The notes under the pieces are model-generated. The model made no database searches and was not told the DNA's origin. It was given only the letters and a program-made list of their open reading frames with translations. 64,000 nucleotides of DNA from Candidatus Avidehalobacter gallistercoris (lineage in GTDB: Bacteria > Bacillota > Dehalobacteriia > UBA4068 > UBA4997): positions 749 through 64,748 of the forward strand of contig DVMH01000033.1 of assembly GCA_018715045.1 (NCBI GenBank). The letters run 5' to 3'. Numbering within the stretch: position 1 is the first letter of the stretch; every line of letters begins with the position of its first letter. Below are positions 40,180-49,056 of this stretch, piece after piece. The translations under genes were made by a program, and so were the position numbers.

Positions 40180-40713
40180 ATGCAGTACACAACTACGTAT
40201 CAATCTCCGTTGGGAGCCATAACGCTGGCCGCCGACGGCGAGGCGCTCACCGGACTGTGGTTTGAGGGTCAGAAATACTACGCGCTCTATCTGGACAAGG
40301 AGCATGAAGAAAAGGACTTGCCTGTGTTCCAGCAGGCCAAGGAATGGCTGAACATCTATTTTTCGGGCAAAGACCCAGATTTCACCCCACCTTTACGGTT
40401 TACCGGTTCAGCTTTTCAAAACGAGGTTTGGGCCATTTTGGCCGCTATACCCTACGGCAAGACCCGCACCTACGGCGACATCGCTCAGGAGCTGGCCCAG
40501 AAACGAGGACTGCCCCGGATGTCCGCCCAGGCGGTAGGAGGAGCCGTGGGGAAAAACGAGATCTCCATCATCGTTCCCTGCCATCGGGTGGTGGGCGCCA
40601 ACGGTAGTTTGACAGGCTATGCCGGCGGGATCAGCAAGAAGATCGCACTGCTAAAACTTGAGGGGGCTTTCAAGGAAGCATACTTTATCCCCAAGCACTC
40701 CACAGCGCCATGA
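40180..40713 (+). CDS. ogt: methylated-DNA--protein-cysteine methyltransferase (O6-alkylguanine repair)
   Basis: Active site IVPCHRVVG and HTH-like DNA-binding region. GGAGGTG RBS before MQYTTTY. Confidence 0.85.
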   Translation: MQYTTTYQSPLGAITLAADGEALTGLWFEGQKYYALYLDKEHEEKDLPVFQQAKEWLNIYFSGKDPDFTPPLRFTGSAFQNEVWAILAAIPYGKTRTYGDIAQELAQKRGLPRMSAQAVGGAVGKNEISIIVPCHRVVGANGSLTGYAGGISKKIALLKLEGAFKEAYFIPKHSTAP

Positions 40714-41666
40714 ACAATACGATGAAAAAAATCGAGCTGGGCCTTTTTCCCACACCGCTGCAAAAGTCATCGCTCAGTATAGAGTTAGGAAATATTTGCC
40801 TTTATCTAAAGCGGGATGACCTGTGCGGAATCGGCTTTGGTGGAAACAAGGTGCGCAAGCTGGAGTATATCCTGGCGGATGCCATCGCAAAGGGCGCGGA
40901 CTGCGTGGTGACAGGCGGCGGTTCACGTTCCAATCAGACCGTGGCAGCGGCGGCCTGCTGCGCCAAGGCAGGGCTGGAGGTCCATATTGTCATACCAGAG
41001 AGTGCGCCCAATGTGACCAAATCTCTGATCACACTGTCCGGTGGGATATTGCATACAACGCCCGACGGTCAGAGAAGCACTCTGACAAAAACCATGCGCA
41101 ACGTTGCAAAAGAGCTCCAAGCCCAGGGGCAAACGCCCTACACCATTCCCGTTGGAGCTTCGTCTCCGTTAGGCGCCGTTGGCTATGTGGAAGCCATGCG
41201 TGAAATATGCAGCCAAGCTGCTGAACTGAATATTGCGATAGACCACGTGATTTGCTGCGGAGGCACCGGAAACACCTATGCAGGTGTGGCTTTGGGTGCA
41301 AAACTGTATAGCCCCAAGACCAGAGCAACTGTTATTTCCATTGGGCGGCGTTTTGCCCACAAGGAGACTTTGCTCCGCCAGATCCATAAAACTGAAGCCC
41401 TTTTGAAATGCGAAAGCGGCATTGAACTGGACGATCTGCATATCCATTTCTCCTGCGGCAAGGGTGCGGGATTGCCATCCGTCAAGGGATGGGAGGCAAT
41501 AAAGCGCATGGTGGCGGCAGAGGGCATTTTCTTAGATCCCTACTACACAGGAAAAGCCTTTGCGGGATTGATGGAATTATCCCAATATGAAACGTTACAT
41601 CCCGGCGAAAATGTGGTATTTCTTCACACAGGCGGTATGGTTTCCCTTATTGGCGAGACTTCATAG
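40710..41666 (+). CDS. PLP-dependent ACC deaminase/D-cysteine desulfhydrase family enzyme
   Basis: Trp-synthase-beta-II fold with the ACCD/DcyD N-terminal signature (LFPTPLQK...LYLKRDDLCG..GGNKVRKLEYIL). Confidence 0.75.
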   Translation: MNNTMKKIELGLFPTPLQKSSLSIELGNICLYLKRDDLCGIGFGGNKVRKLEYILADAIAKGADCVVTGGGSRSNQTVAAAACCAKAGLEVHIVIPESAPNVTKSLITLSGGILHTTPDGQRSTLTKTMRNVAKELQAQGQTPYTIPVGASSPLGAVGYVEAMREICSQAAELNIAIDHVICCGGTGNTYAGVALGAKLYSPKTRATVISIGRRFAHKETLLRQIHKTEALLKCESGIELDDLHIHFSCGKGAGLPSVKGWEAIKRMVAAEGIFLDPYYTGKAFAGLMELSQYETLHPGENVVFLHTGGMVSLIGETS

Positions 41667-41834
41667 AATTATTAAAACATACCTCAAATTGAGGGGCATT
41701 TTGTCAAAAATATGTCTCAAGCCGAAACGTATTTTATTTCCGCTTCATGAAATTATGCACTATAATTTATTTCGAGGAGTTTTATCTCTGCTTGATGTTC
41801 CCTTTCAGCTTGATGACAAGGCTATACCAGCCCT

Positions 41835-43088
41835 TTACAGTTCAATCCTGTCTGGAAACGCTTCCTTTCGCATAATGCCCCACATTTTGTCGATATAGGA
41901 CAGGGTATAGAAGTTCTCGTAATAATGGTAATAGAACGCGCCTTTCAAGGTCATGGCGTATGTACCATTTTCTTCGGTCACAAAGCCCAAGAGTTTGGCG
42001 ATCCATAGCTCGAAGCAATACATCTGCTTCAATGGTACACCAAAGAACCTTTCAAAGTCCTTTACGTTTACTTTCGTGCTGTATGCTGTCCAGAACAGCC
42101 AGTAAATCATTCGCTGTCGCTTCGTGAAGCGAATGGTCAGAGAAGTAGCCAGCGTTCCGCTGTTGATCCGATCGCAATAGGATTCAATATCAAATGTATT
42201 GATCTTAAACTGATCTCTCAGCAGGGTTGTTGCAGAACAGCCGAAGCCCAAGAAGTTGTCTCTTGTCATAGAAGAATAATTGGCTTCCGGTTCGCTGAAG
42301 AATGTCCAGATAGAGCTGCGGGAATATCCTTTGCTCATGCAATACCTTGTAATGCTGTCAAGAAGCTCTCGCTTTTCCTTTTTCGGCATGGTTTTTATAG
42401 GGCTTGCCGTAAAGGTGAAATCAATAAACGGATAGATGGCAACATGATTGGCGCCCAGAAAAAAGGCTTCGTCAATGTCGGATTTCAAATCATCGTAAGT
42501 CTGCTCTGGAAGGGCAAAGATAAAGTCCATAGAAACAGTTTCAAACTTCACCGCGTCCAATGCCTTTTTCATTTTATTGGTATCGACAGTCTTTCTTCCA
42601 AGGATGCTCTGATACTTATTGCGGAAAGACTGAATGCCAATGCTGATCTTGGTCACACCGGCAGCCCTTAACACCGCCAGAACTTCCTCTGTCACATTAT
42701 CAGGGTGCAGTTCCAACCCGATTCCCTCTGTAATGATAAAATGCTCGTTCAGAGCTTCGATGATTTCACCAATGCGGTCAACTGCCAAAGCCGGTGTGCC
42801 GCCGCCAAAATATAAACTGGTTACTCTTTTCTTGCCCGGATGCTGATTTCCTACAAGATGAATCTCCCTTATCAGGGAATCTATGTACCTGTCGCAAAGC
42901 TCTTTGGAATAGCGAACTTTACAATAGGGGCAAAAATTACATATACTTTTACAAAACGGAATGTGAACATACAATCCGAGGTTTTCACATTCAGCAAAGG
43001 GCAGTATTTGGTCGTATTCATTTTTGAAAGTAAATGGCTGTACTGTTCGGGTAAGCCACATTCTTGTCAGACTTGTGATAAAGCTCAT
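41835..43088 (-). CDS. HemN-like (class C) radical-SAM enzyme with a HemN_C-type C-terminal domain; function unknown (methyltransferase-type candidate)
   Basis: 417 aa. YVHIPFCKSICNFCPYC (CxxxCxxC), GGGTP, G-rich SAM motifs. About 42-45% GC against a 56% surround. Start lies 8 nt after the upstream SPASM gene stop, so the two are translationally coupled. Confidence 0.8.
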   Translation of the reverse strand: MSFITSLTRMWLTRTVQPFTFKNEYDQILPFAECENLGLYVHIPFCKSICNFCPYCKVRYSKELCDRYIDSLIREIHLVGNQHPGKKRVTSLYFGGGTPALAVDRIGEIIEALNEHFIITEGIGLELHPDNVTEEVLAVLRAAGVTKISIGIQSFRNKYQSILGRKTVDTNKMKKALDAVKFETVSMDFIFALPEQTYDDLKSDIDEAFFLGANHVAIYPFIDFTFTASPIKTMPKKEKRELLDSITRYCMSKGYSRSSIWTFFSEPEANYSSMTRDNFLGFGCSATTLLRDQFKINTFDIESYCDRINSGTLATSLTIRFTKRQRMIYWLFWTAYSTKVNVKDFERFFGVPLKQMYCFELWIAKLLGFVTEENGTYAMTLKGAFYYHYYENFYTLSYIDKMWGIMRKEAFPDRIEL

Positions 43089-43095
43089 ATTACTC

Positions 43096-43998
43096 CTAAA
43101 TATACTTCAAATATGTACGAAGCATCTCAATGATTATTTTGGGCTTTCCCCTGAACAATAGTGTGTATTCTGCAACAAAGAAATAGCCGCACTGTTCGCA
43201 AAGACCGGGAACATCTATGCATCGTCCACAAGTGGACAGTTTCCCGTTTTCCATAACAACACACTGATGGCAAGGTGTGGGGAAACGATTTTCGATAAGA
43301 TAGGGAAACGCACTTTTTAGATTGAATACTGGTGCGCCCTCTTTCATCATTTGAGTTATCGTATCGCAACACTTGGCTTTTTCTTCTTTACTCAAAGACA
43401 ATTCCTTGGTATCGGGATAAGGTGTATGGAAATTGAAAGATACAGCACGAACATTTTTGGTATCACGTGCAGTTAAGCATACATCCCGTACATAGTTTTT
43501 GTTGATTTGATTGATTGCCATATAAAAGCAGATATTTTCTGCTGTAGCGTTGTTGATGTTCCTCATAATGGTATCGTAAGTGTCGCCACGGATTTCATTA
43601 TGACGTTCTCTATCACCGTCTAAACTCAAAAGAATTAAATCTGCTTCTGGAAGATCAATGGTACATGTTCCATTCGTAACGACATTGACGATAAGGAACC
43701 CCATAGCTTTTGCTTCAATGACCAAATCTCTTAATGTGCGCTCGCCATCTTTCCAGAGAAATGTTTCCCCGCCGCAGAAAAACAAAATGCGTACTCCCAT
43801 ATCATATAGCTGCTGCATTTCTTGGCTAATTTGTTTGTATGGATAAACGATTGCCGTGATATTGTTAACGGAGCAATGTTTACAATGCAAATTGCATTTA
43901 TCCGTAATAATCACAGTTCCAAGAATTGGAGCCTTCTTGCCAAAAAGGATTGTCTTGATCCCAAAGGAGGCAAAGCGCAAAAAAGATGACAGTTTCAT
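43096..43998 (-). CDS. radical-SAM protein with a Cys-rich SPASM/twitch-like C-terminus; uncharacterised maturase candidate
   Basis: 300 aa. DKCNLHCKHC (CxxxCxxC) at residues 34-43, FFCGGETFLW, and seven C-terminal Cys (KCCD, CHQC, CGRC, CEQCGYF). Low GC. Own RBS GGAGAT. Confidence 0.7.
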   Translation of the reverse strand: MKLSSFLRFASFGIKTILFGKKAPILGTVIITDKCNLHCKHCSVNNITAIVYPYKQISQEMQQLYDMGVRILFFCGGETFLWKDGERTLRDLVIEAKAMGFLIVNVVTNGTCTIDLPEADLILLSLDGDRERHNEIRGDTYDTIMRNINNATAENICFYMAINQINKNYVRDVCLTARDTKNVRAVSFNFHTPYPDTKELSLSKEEKAKCCDTITQMMKEGAPVFNLKSAFPYLIENRFPTPCHQCVVMENGKLSTCGRCIDVPGLCEQCGYFFVAEYTLLFRGKPKIIIEMLRTYLKYI

Positions 43999-44045
43999 GT
44001 TCTATCTCCATAAGATAAATGAATTCAACTGTGTATCCATACTTT

Positions 44046-44074
44046 ATTATATACGATTATTGCAGTTTCTTCAA
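44046..44074 (-). promoter_or_regulatory. sigma-A-like promoter (TTGAAG-17-TATAAT) reading into the rSAM pair
   Basis: On the minus strand: TTGAAG aaactgcaataatcgta TATAAT, about 40 nt upstream of the SPASM-gene RBS. Preceded by a weak hairpin plus T-run (CCAAGgtattCTTGGaacgtgttttt) downstream of the small ORF. Confidence 0.4.
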
Positions 44075-44156
44075 ATTGGTACGCCAAAATTTACCGCATT
44101 AAAGTGTAAAATTTTAAAAACACGTTCCAAGAATACCTTGGAGCGTGTATAAATCA

Positions 44157-44285
44157 ATCAAGTGGTCTGTATTATGTTACCGCTTTTAGACAGAGCTTCG
44201 GTATTGCTGTTGAGTATCAGATCAGCGTATGCAATCGGAACATTGTAGATGAGCATATTGAACTTGCAAGATAATAAACACTTCA
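44157..44285 (-). CDS. small ORF (42 codons) with a strong RBS; candidate precursor/substrate peptide for the adjacent rSAM enzymes
   Basis: AAGGAGG-8nt-ATG. Translation: MKCLLSCKFNMLIYNVPIAYADLILNSNTEALSKSGNIIQTT*. Same strand as, and about 160 nt upstream of, the SPASM gene. Too short for the 60-aa ORF track. Coordinates may be off by 1-2 nt. Confidence 0.3.
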
Positions 44286-44318
44286 TAGAAAAACCTCCTT
44301 AATTTCAATGTTTTGGTG

Positions 44319-44359
44319 GTAAAAAAGAACGATGCCGGTCATAAGACTCGGCATCGTTC
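44319..44359 (-). terminator. rho-independent terminator after the anti-sigma gene (potential attenuator before the small ORF)
   Basis: On the minus strand: AGAACGATGCCGagtcttatgacCGGCATCGTTCTTTTTT, a 12-bp stem. Ends about 35 nt before the small-ORF RBS. Confidence 0.6.
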
Positions 44360-44494
44360 TATCGTTGTTGTTTTCCAACCCTGTCAGACAGATGCCGTAA
44401 AATCTAAATCTTTTAGAATTACTGTCTTACGAGCACCCGTCTAACGCCCGGCTTTTTTCATTTTACATAGTCTGATTTATTCAGGCTTCAGCAA

Positions 44495-45340
44495 TTATTT
44501 GGCATTGATAATTTCCTCGGCCATCGTGAATATATCATCAGCGGTCAATGTCAGATCCCAGCCAAACAGGTTGTAATGTACGCCGTCCGCGTACCAGTCA
44601 GCGGCTTTCAGATACTTTTCTTCCACTTCAGCAGAGCCATAGCTCATAACCAAGTCACCCCGATCCATTGCAGCCTGCTCTTCAGCAGAAATTTCATAGT
44701 CCGGCGGCACAAATTTGTACTGGTATTCCGAGTATGTAATGGTAATATCGCCCACCGTTTGGGTAATGACATTCTTGGCAGCAGGGTCAACATAATCCGC
44801 CGGGAACGCCGTCTGAGGAATACTGTCGGTATACAGATTAAGTTCCTCGCCGGTTTCCGCGTTGATATAGTTCAAATCACAATTAGTATACTGTTTACCA
44901 ATGTCATTATGGTTCTCATCCGTTCCCTGTGATACACTCAGCGATGCCGACTCAAAGGTAAATCCGTTAGTAAATTCTTCCACTGACTTTGGTGTATATT
45001 CCAGCTGCGGCAGAAGTTTTTCAGCCACATCAACGTATACCTTGGTATCGCTGCCGATGATATTGTGACTGTGCCAGCCATGTACAATACCAGTAGCAGC
45101 CATTGCCGTCATGCACATCAGGCAAAAAACAGCGCAGAACGCCACGATAAAGCGTTTACTGAATCTTTTCATAAATATTCTCTCCTTCCACGAAGCATTT
45201 GCCCCGTCTTGCTTATAATCTTTGATTTTTGCCATCAATCTGGCCTCCGCAAAGGACGAAACCTCCATGCTGTCAACAGCGTGGTGCAACGCTGCAGCAA
45301 TTTTACGGTCAGGCTCGGTTGGATATTTTTGGCAATCCAT
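44495..45340 (-). CDS. membrane-anchored anti-sigma factor with an extracytoplasmic domain
   Basis: Short cytoplasmic N-terminus, one TM (FIVAFCAVFCLMCMTAMAA), acidic extracellular domain. Overlaps the 3' end of the sigma gene. Start uncertain (TTG at the ORF top, or an internal Met). Confidence 0.6.
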   Translation of the reverse strand: MDCQKYPTEPDRKIAAALHHAVDSMEVSSFAEARLMAKIKDYKQDGANASWKERIFMKRFSKRFIVAFCAVFCLMCMTAMAATGIVHGWHSHNIIGSDTKVYVDVAEKLLPQLEYTPKSVEEFTNGFTFESASLSVSQGTDENHNDIGKQYTNCDLNYINAETGEELNLYTDSIPQTAFPADYVDPAAKNVITQTVGDITITYSEYQYKFVPPDYEISAEEQAAMDRGDLVMSYGSAEVEEKYLKAADWYADGVHYNLFGWDLTLTADDIFTMAEEIINAK

Positions 45341-45896
45341 GGTATGTTTCCCCCTTCCCTGCGTCAGCAAGATAACCGCGCAGATTCTGCCGCGCCATAA
45401 ACAGACGGCTTTTCACTGTGCCGGTCAGCGCTCCAGTGGCGGCAGCAATCTCCCCTACTGAAAGCTCATTGTAATAATAAAGAATAATAACAGTTTTTTG
45501 TTTTAAGGGCAGACGGTTTATGGCAGCCAAAAGCTCGTGTTCCTGCTCCTGGTCGGTCAAAATATCCAACGTCGAGCGCCCTTTTGGTTCTTTAGCCTGA
45601 TAAGCGTCGAATACGTCGGCCACCGGGCTTTCCCTATCGCGCTTTTTGCAATAATCCCAAGCCGTGCGAGTAAGTATGCGATAAAACCAGCTCTTAAAGC
45701 CCTCGGCATCGCGCAGACTGCCAATCGACTGGTAACACTTCAAAAACGTGTCTTGCAGCACGTTTTCGCTATCACATTGACTGCCCGTAATAAGATAAGC
45801 CGCCCGGATTGCCGGGGTTTTGTAAAGCTGATAAAGCTCGGTAAAGGCGCCTTCGTCACCAGCCTGCCAGCTTTTCATTAACCTCGTCTCATCCAT
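45309..45896 (-). CDS. ECF-type RNA polymerase sigma-70 family factor
   Basis: Region 2 (FTELYQLYKTPAIRAAYLITGS..DTFLKCY) and region 4 HTH (LSVGEIAAATGALTGTVKSRLFMARQNLR). AAAGGTGG RBS before MDETR. Confidence 0.8.
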   Translation of the reverse strand: MDETRLMKSWQAGDEGAFTELYQLYKTPAIRAAYLITGSQCDSENVLQDTFLKCYQSIGSLRDAEGFKSWFYRILTRTAWDYCKKRDRESPVADVFDAYQAKEPKGRSTLDILTDQEQEHELLAAINRLPLKQKTVIILYYYNELSVGEIAAATGALTGTVKSRLFMARQNLRGYLADAGKGETYHGLPKISNRA

Positions 45897-46024
45897 GTTC
45901 TCGCCACCTTTCATTTAAGGCTTTGGCGTTTTAGTTTCAGTAGCTACTGTATATAAGACAACTGATAGTCCGTTTTGGTTCAAAAAAATTTTGCCATGAT
46001 TTGGCGCAGGGTGAAAAACGCATA

Positions 46025-46822
46025 CTACCTTGTCATCAGCTGCCATACGGTGCGGGCGAAAAACATGACAATCACCAGCAGAATAAGCGGCCGGCCCACC
46101 TTGGCGCCACTCTGCACAAAACAGGCTGCTCCGGCCAGATTGCCTGCTATATTGAAAACGCCGGCCACTAACCCCAGCAGGAATATAACCTGCCCGTTTA
46201 AAACGAAGACCAGCAGCGCGGCCAGATTTGTCGTCAGGTTGATGACCTTGGTGAGCCCGTTAGCCTCTTTCAGCGGCAGATGCGCGAATCCGGAGAGCAG
46301 CAAAATCAGGAACGTGCCCGCGCCCGGCCCATACATCCCATCATACACGCCCATAGCAAACGCCACCGTCACTGCCAGCGCCAGCGTGGCGCCAAAGGCA
46401 TAGCGGGGCTTGTCCGTGTCACTGGCCAGCCCCTGGCAGCGCAGCACATAAAGCGCCGTCAACGGCAGAACGGCAAGCATGGCCTTTTGGAACACACCGT
46501 CCTCGATTAGCAGCGCCAGATTCGCCCCCAGAGCCGAGCCGACAAACGCCGCGATAACACAGCCCGGTGCCAAGCGCCAGTTAACAAAGCCCATTGTGGC
46601 ATAACGCCAGCAGGAGGTAGCCGTACCCAGCGAAGAGCTTAGCTTATTAGTGGCGATAGCCATATGCACCGGCAGCCCGGCCAGCATATAGGCAGGCAGC
46701 GAAATCAGCCCGCCGCCTCCGGCAATCGCATCGACAAATCCGGCCAGAAATACCAGTGGACAGATAATCATAAAATGCAACAGATCCAGCTCCAAAGGAC
46801 ACCCCTCCACCCTATTGATCAA
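46025..46822 (-). CDS. TauE/SafE (DUF81) family anion exporter
   Basis: Polytopic membrane protein with duplicated Gly-rich helices (FLAGFVDAIAGGGGLISLP). Confidence 0.7.
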   Translation of the reverse strand: MINRVEGCPLELDLLHFMIICPLVFLAGFVDAIAGGGGLISLPAYMLAGLPVHMAIATNKLSSSLGTATSCWRYATMGFVNWRLAPGCVIAAFVGSALGANLALLIEDGVFQKAMLAVLPLTALYVLRCQGLASDTDKPRYAFGATLALAVTVAFAMGVYDGMYGPGAGTFLILLLSGFAHLPLKEANGLTKVINLTTNLAALLVFVLNGQVIFLLGLVAGVFNIAGNLAGAACFVQSGAKVGRPLILLVIVMFFARTVWQLMTR

Positions 46823-46902
46823 TCTATGTTGATTTTATATTGTACCACATTTTCAGCGACAAGAAAAGACAAAACCCCCGCCGCTTGGCAGAGGTTTCGA
46901 GT

Positions 46903-49056
46903 TCAGACGATAAGGCGCGAAAGCGTAGCAACTATAAAGCAAAGAGCAAACCCCAACGCCGTTGGTATTGCGGCAGCCAGCGCCGTCCATTTCAGGCTTG
47001 CCGTCTCCTTGCGTATCGTCAAAAGAGTGGTAGCGCACGGCCAGTGGAACAACATGAACAGCAGAGTGCAGCAAGCAGTGGTAAACGTCCAGCCATTAGC
47101 CAGCAGCAGCTCTTTGATGCCGGCGAGGCTTGCCGCGTCAACCAGCGTACCCTCTGCCAGATAGCACATTAGCATGATCGGCACAACAATTTCATTCGCT
47201 GGCAGTCCAAGTATAAATGCCAGCAATATTACGCCGTCCAGCCCGAATATCGCAGCAAACGGGTCAAGAAATGCCGCCACCTGCGTGAGCATGCTTCCCC
47301 CGGCTATGGGAATATTCGCCAGCAGCCAGATGAGCAGACCGGCAGGAGCCGCAGCCATCACTGCCCGCCCCAGCACAAACAGCGTCCTATCCAGCACCGA
47401 GCGCACCAGCACACTCAATATCTGAGGCCGGCGGTATGATGGCAGCTCCAGTGCAAAAGATGAAGGTTCTCCGGCAAGTACGGTGTCCGAGAGCAGCCGT
47501 GTGACCATAAACGTCGCTGCTACAGAAATCATTATCAGCAGCGTCAGCAACATTGCGGCGGAAAAGCCTGCCGCCACACCGCCAGACGCCCCCACGCAAA
47601 ACAGCGTCAGCAGCGATATCAGCGTCGGGAAGCGACCATTACAGGGCACTAGACTGTTCGTCAGTATCGCGAGCAGGCGTTCCCGTGGCGAATCAATTAT
47701 CCGGCATCCAATAACTCCCGCCGCGTTGCAGCCAAAGCCCATACACATAGTCAGAGCCTGTTTGCCGCAGGCTTTGCAGAGCCGGAACGGTTTATCCAGA
47801 TTATAAGCCACGCGCGGCAGATAGCCAACATCTTCCAGCAGCGTAAACAGCGGGAAAAATATCGCCATCGGCGGCAGCATGACCGAAACAACCCACGCCA
47901 CCGTACGGTAGACGCCCAGAACCAGCATATCATGCAGCCATATTGGCACGTTTCCGAACAGCAGGCTGGACAGCACCTCCTGCCCCCGCGCAAACAGCGC
48001 TGACAGCATCTCCGACGGGTAATTTGCGCCTATAATACTCAGCCAGAACACTCCGGCCAGCCCCAAAAGCATAAAAGGATAGGCCGTAAACCGCCCACAG
48101 AACAGTTTATCCAGACGCATGTCGCGTTCTATGACCTCGCCATGGCAATGCACCGTATCTCCGGCAATTTTCTCCGCCCGCCGCACCAGACCGTTCACAA
48201 TCGCATCTTGCAGCGTCCGTCCGGATAGCCCCGCCGCTTGCAGACATTCACGGCTCCATTTCAGAGCCAACTGCAATCCCTTATTAGCGGCAAAATCCTG
48301 TGATAGCGCCCGTTCTAAGTCAGCAATCAGGTTTTCATCGTTTTCCAGCAGGCGCAGCGCCAGCCAATATGCGTCAATCGACGGCGCACTCTCCGGCAAG
48401 TTCAGAATACCTGGCAACACATAGCTCAACCGCCGCGCCACTTCCTCCAACGCCGGAGGATATGCCGCCTGTGCCACATCCCCTGGCTGATAGGCGCCGT
48501 CCAGCACCTCATCCAACGCCGCAAGCATGACAGAAAGCGTTTGCTGCTCCCGTGCCACTACACCTACTACTGGAACGCCCAGCAACTGAGATAAAAGCGG
48601 AATATCCACTTCGATATGCTTTTTGGCCGCCTCGTCCAGCAGGTTCACGCAAACCACTACGCGCCGCGTGACTTCCAGTGTTTGCAGCACCAAATTCAGA
48701 TTACGCTCCAGCCGCGTCGCGTCACAGACGACGATTACTGCGTCCGCTCCGCCAAAACAGATGAAGTTACGGGCAACCTCCTCTTCCGCCGAATGTGCCA
48801 ACAGAGAATACGCCCCCGGCACATCGGCCAAAAGCAGCGAATGTTTTGTAGTTTGGGCATAGCCGGAAGCGCTGGCCACAGTTTTCCCCGGCCAGTTGCC
48901 TGTATGCTGATTAAGCCCGGTCAGCGCGTTGAAAATAGTGCTTTTGCCCACGTTGGGATTGCCGGCCAGCGCCACCAGCTTATCCCGCGACCGGCGTTTC
49001 AGCAGAGTATTCCCCTCGCGCGCCCTGCTGCCAACCGAAGCTTTAGTCAAGCCCAT
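46903..49056 (-). CDS. feoB: ferrous iron transporter B
   Basis: N-terminal G-domain (ALAGNPNVGKSTIFNALTG, DVPG) plus a polytopic permease domain; 717 aa. Confidence 0.9.
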   Translation of the reverse strand: MGLTKASVGSRAREGNTLLKRRSRDKLVALAGNPNVGKSTIFNALTGLNQHTGNWPGKTVASASGYAQTTKHSLLLADVPGAYSLLAHSAEEEVARNFICFGGADAVIVVCDATRLERNLNLVLQTLEVTRRVVVCVNLLDEAAKKHIEVDIPLLSQLLGVPVVGVVAREQQTLSVMLAALDEVLDGAYQPGDVAQAAYPPALEEVARRLSYVLPGILNLPESAPSIDAYWLALRLLENDENLIADLERALSQDFAANKGLQLALKWSRECLQAAGLSGRTLQDAIVNGLVRRAEKIAGDTVHCHGEVIERDMRLDKLFCGRFTAYPFMLLGLAGVFWLSIIGANYPSEMLSALFARGQEVLSSLLFGNVPIWLHDMLVLGVYRTVAWVVSVMLPPMAIFFPLFTLLEDVGYLPRVAYNLDKPFRLCKACGKQALTMCMGFGCNAAGVIGCRIIDSPRERLLAILTNSLVPCNGRFPTLISLLTLFCVGASGGVAAGFSAAMLLTLLIMISVAATFMVTRLLSDTVLAGEPSSFALELPSYRRPQILSVLVRSVLDRTLFVLGRAVMAAAPAGLLIWLLANIPIAGGSMLTQVAAFLDPFAAIFGLDGVILLAFILGLPANEIVVPIMLMCYLAEGTLVDAASLAGIKELLLANGWTFTTACCTLLFMLFHWPCATTLLTIRKETASLKWTALAAAIPTALGFALCFIVATLSRLIV

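Noticed and set aside
44297-44370. Tiny plus-strand ORFs (MFWW*, and a 22-aa ORF through the hairpin)
   Set aside because: They overlap the terminator stem and have no RBS; they are a by-product of hairpin sequence.
36405-44500. Integrated element at the tRNA-Ala 3' end
   Set aside because: No integrase or recombinase gene and no direct repeat of the tRNA 3' end were found downstream. The alkA-ogt region has native GC; only the rSAM module is compositionally foreign. The palindromes are reported separately.
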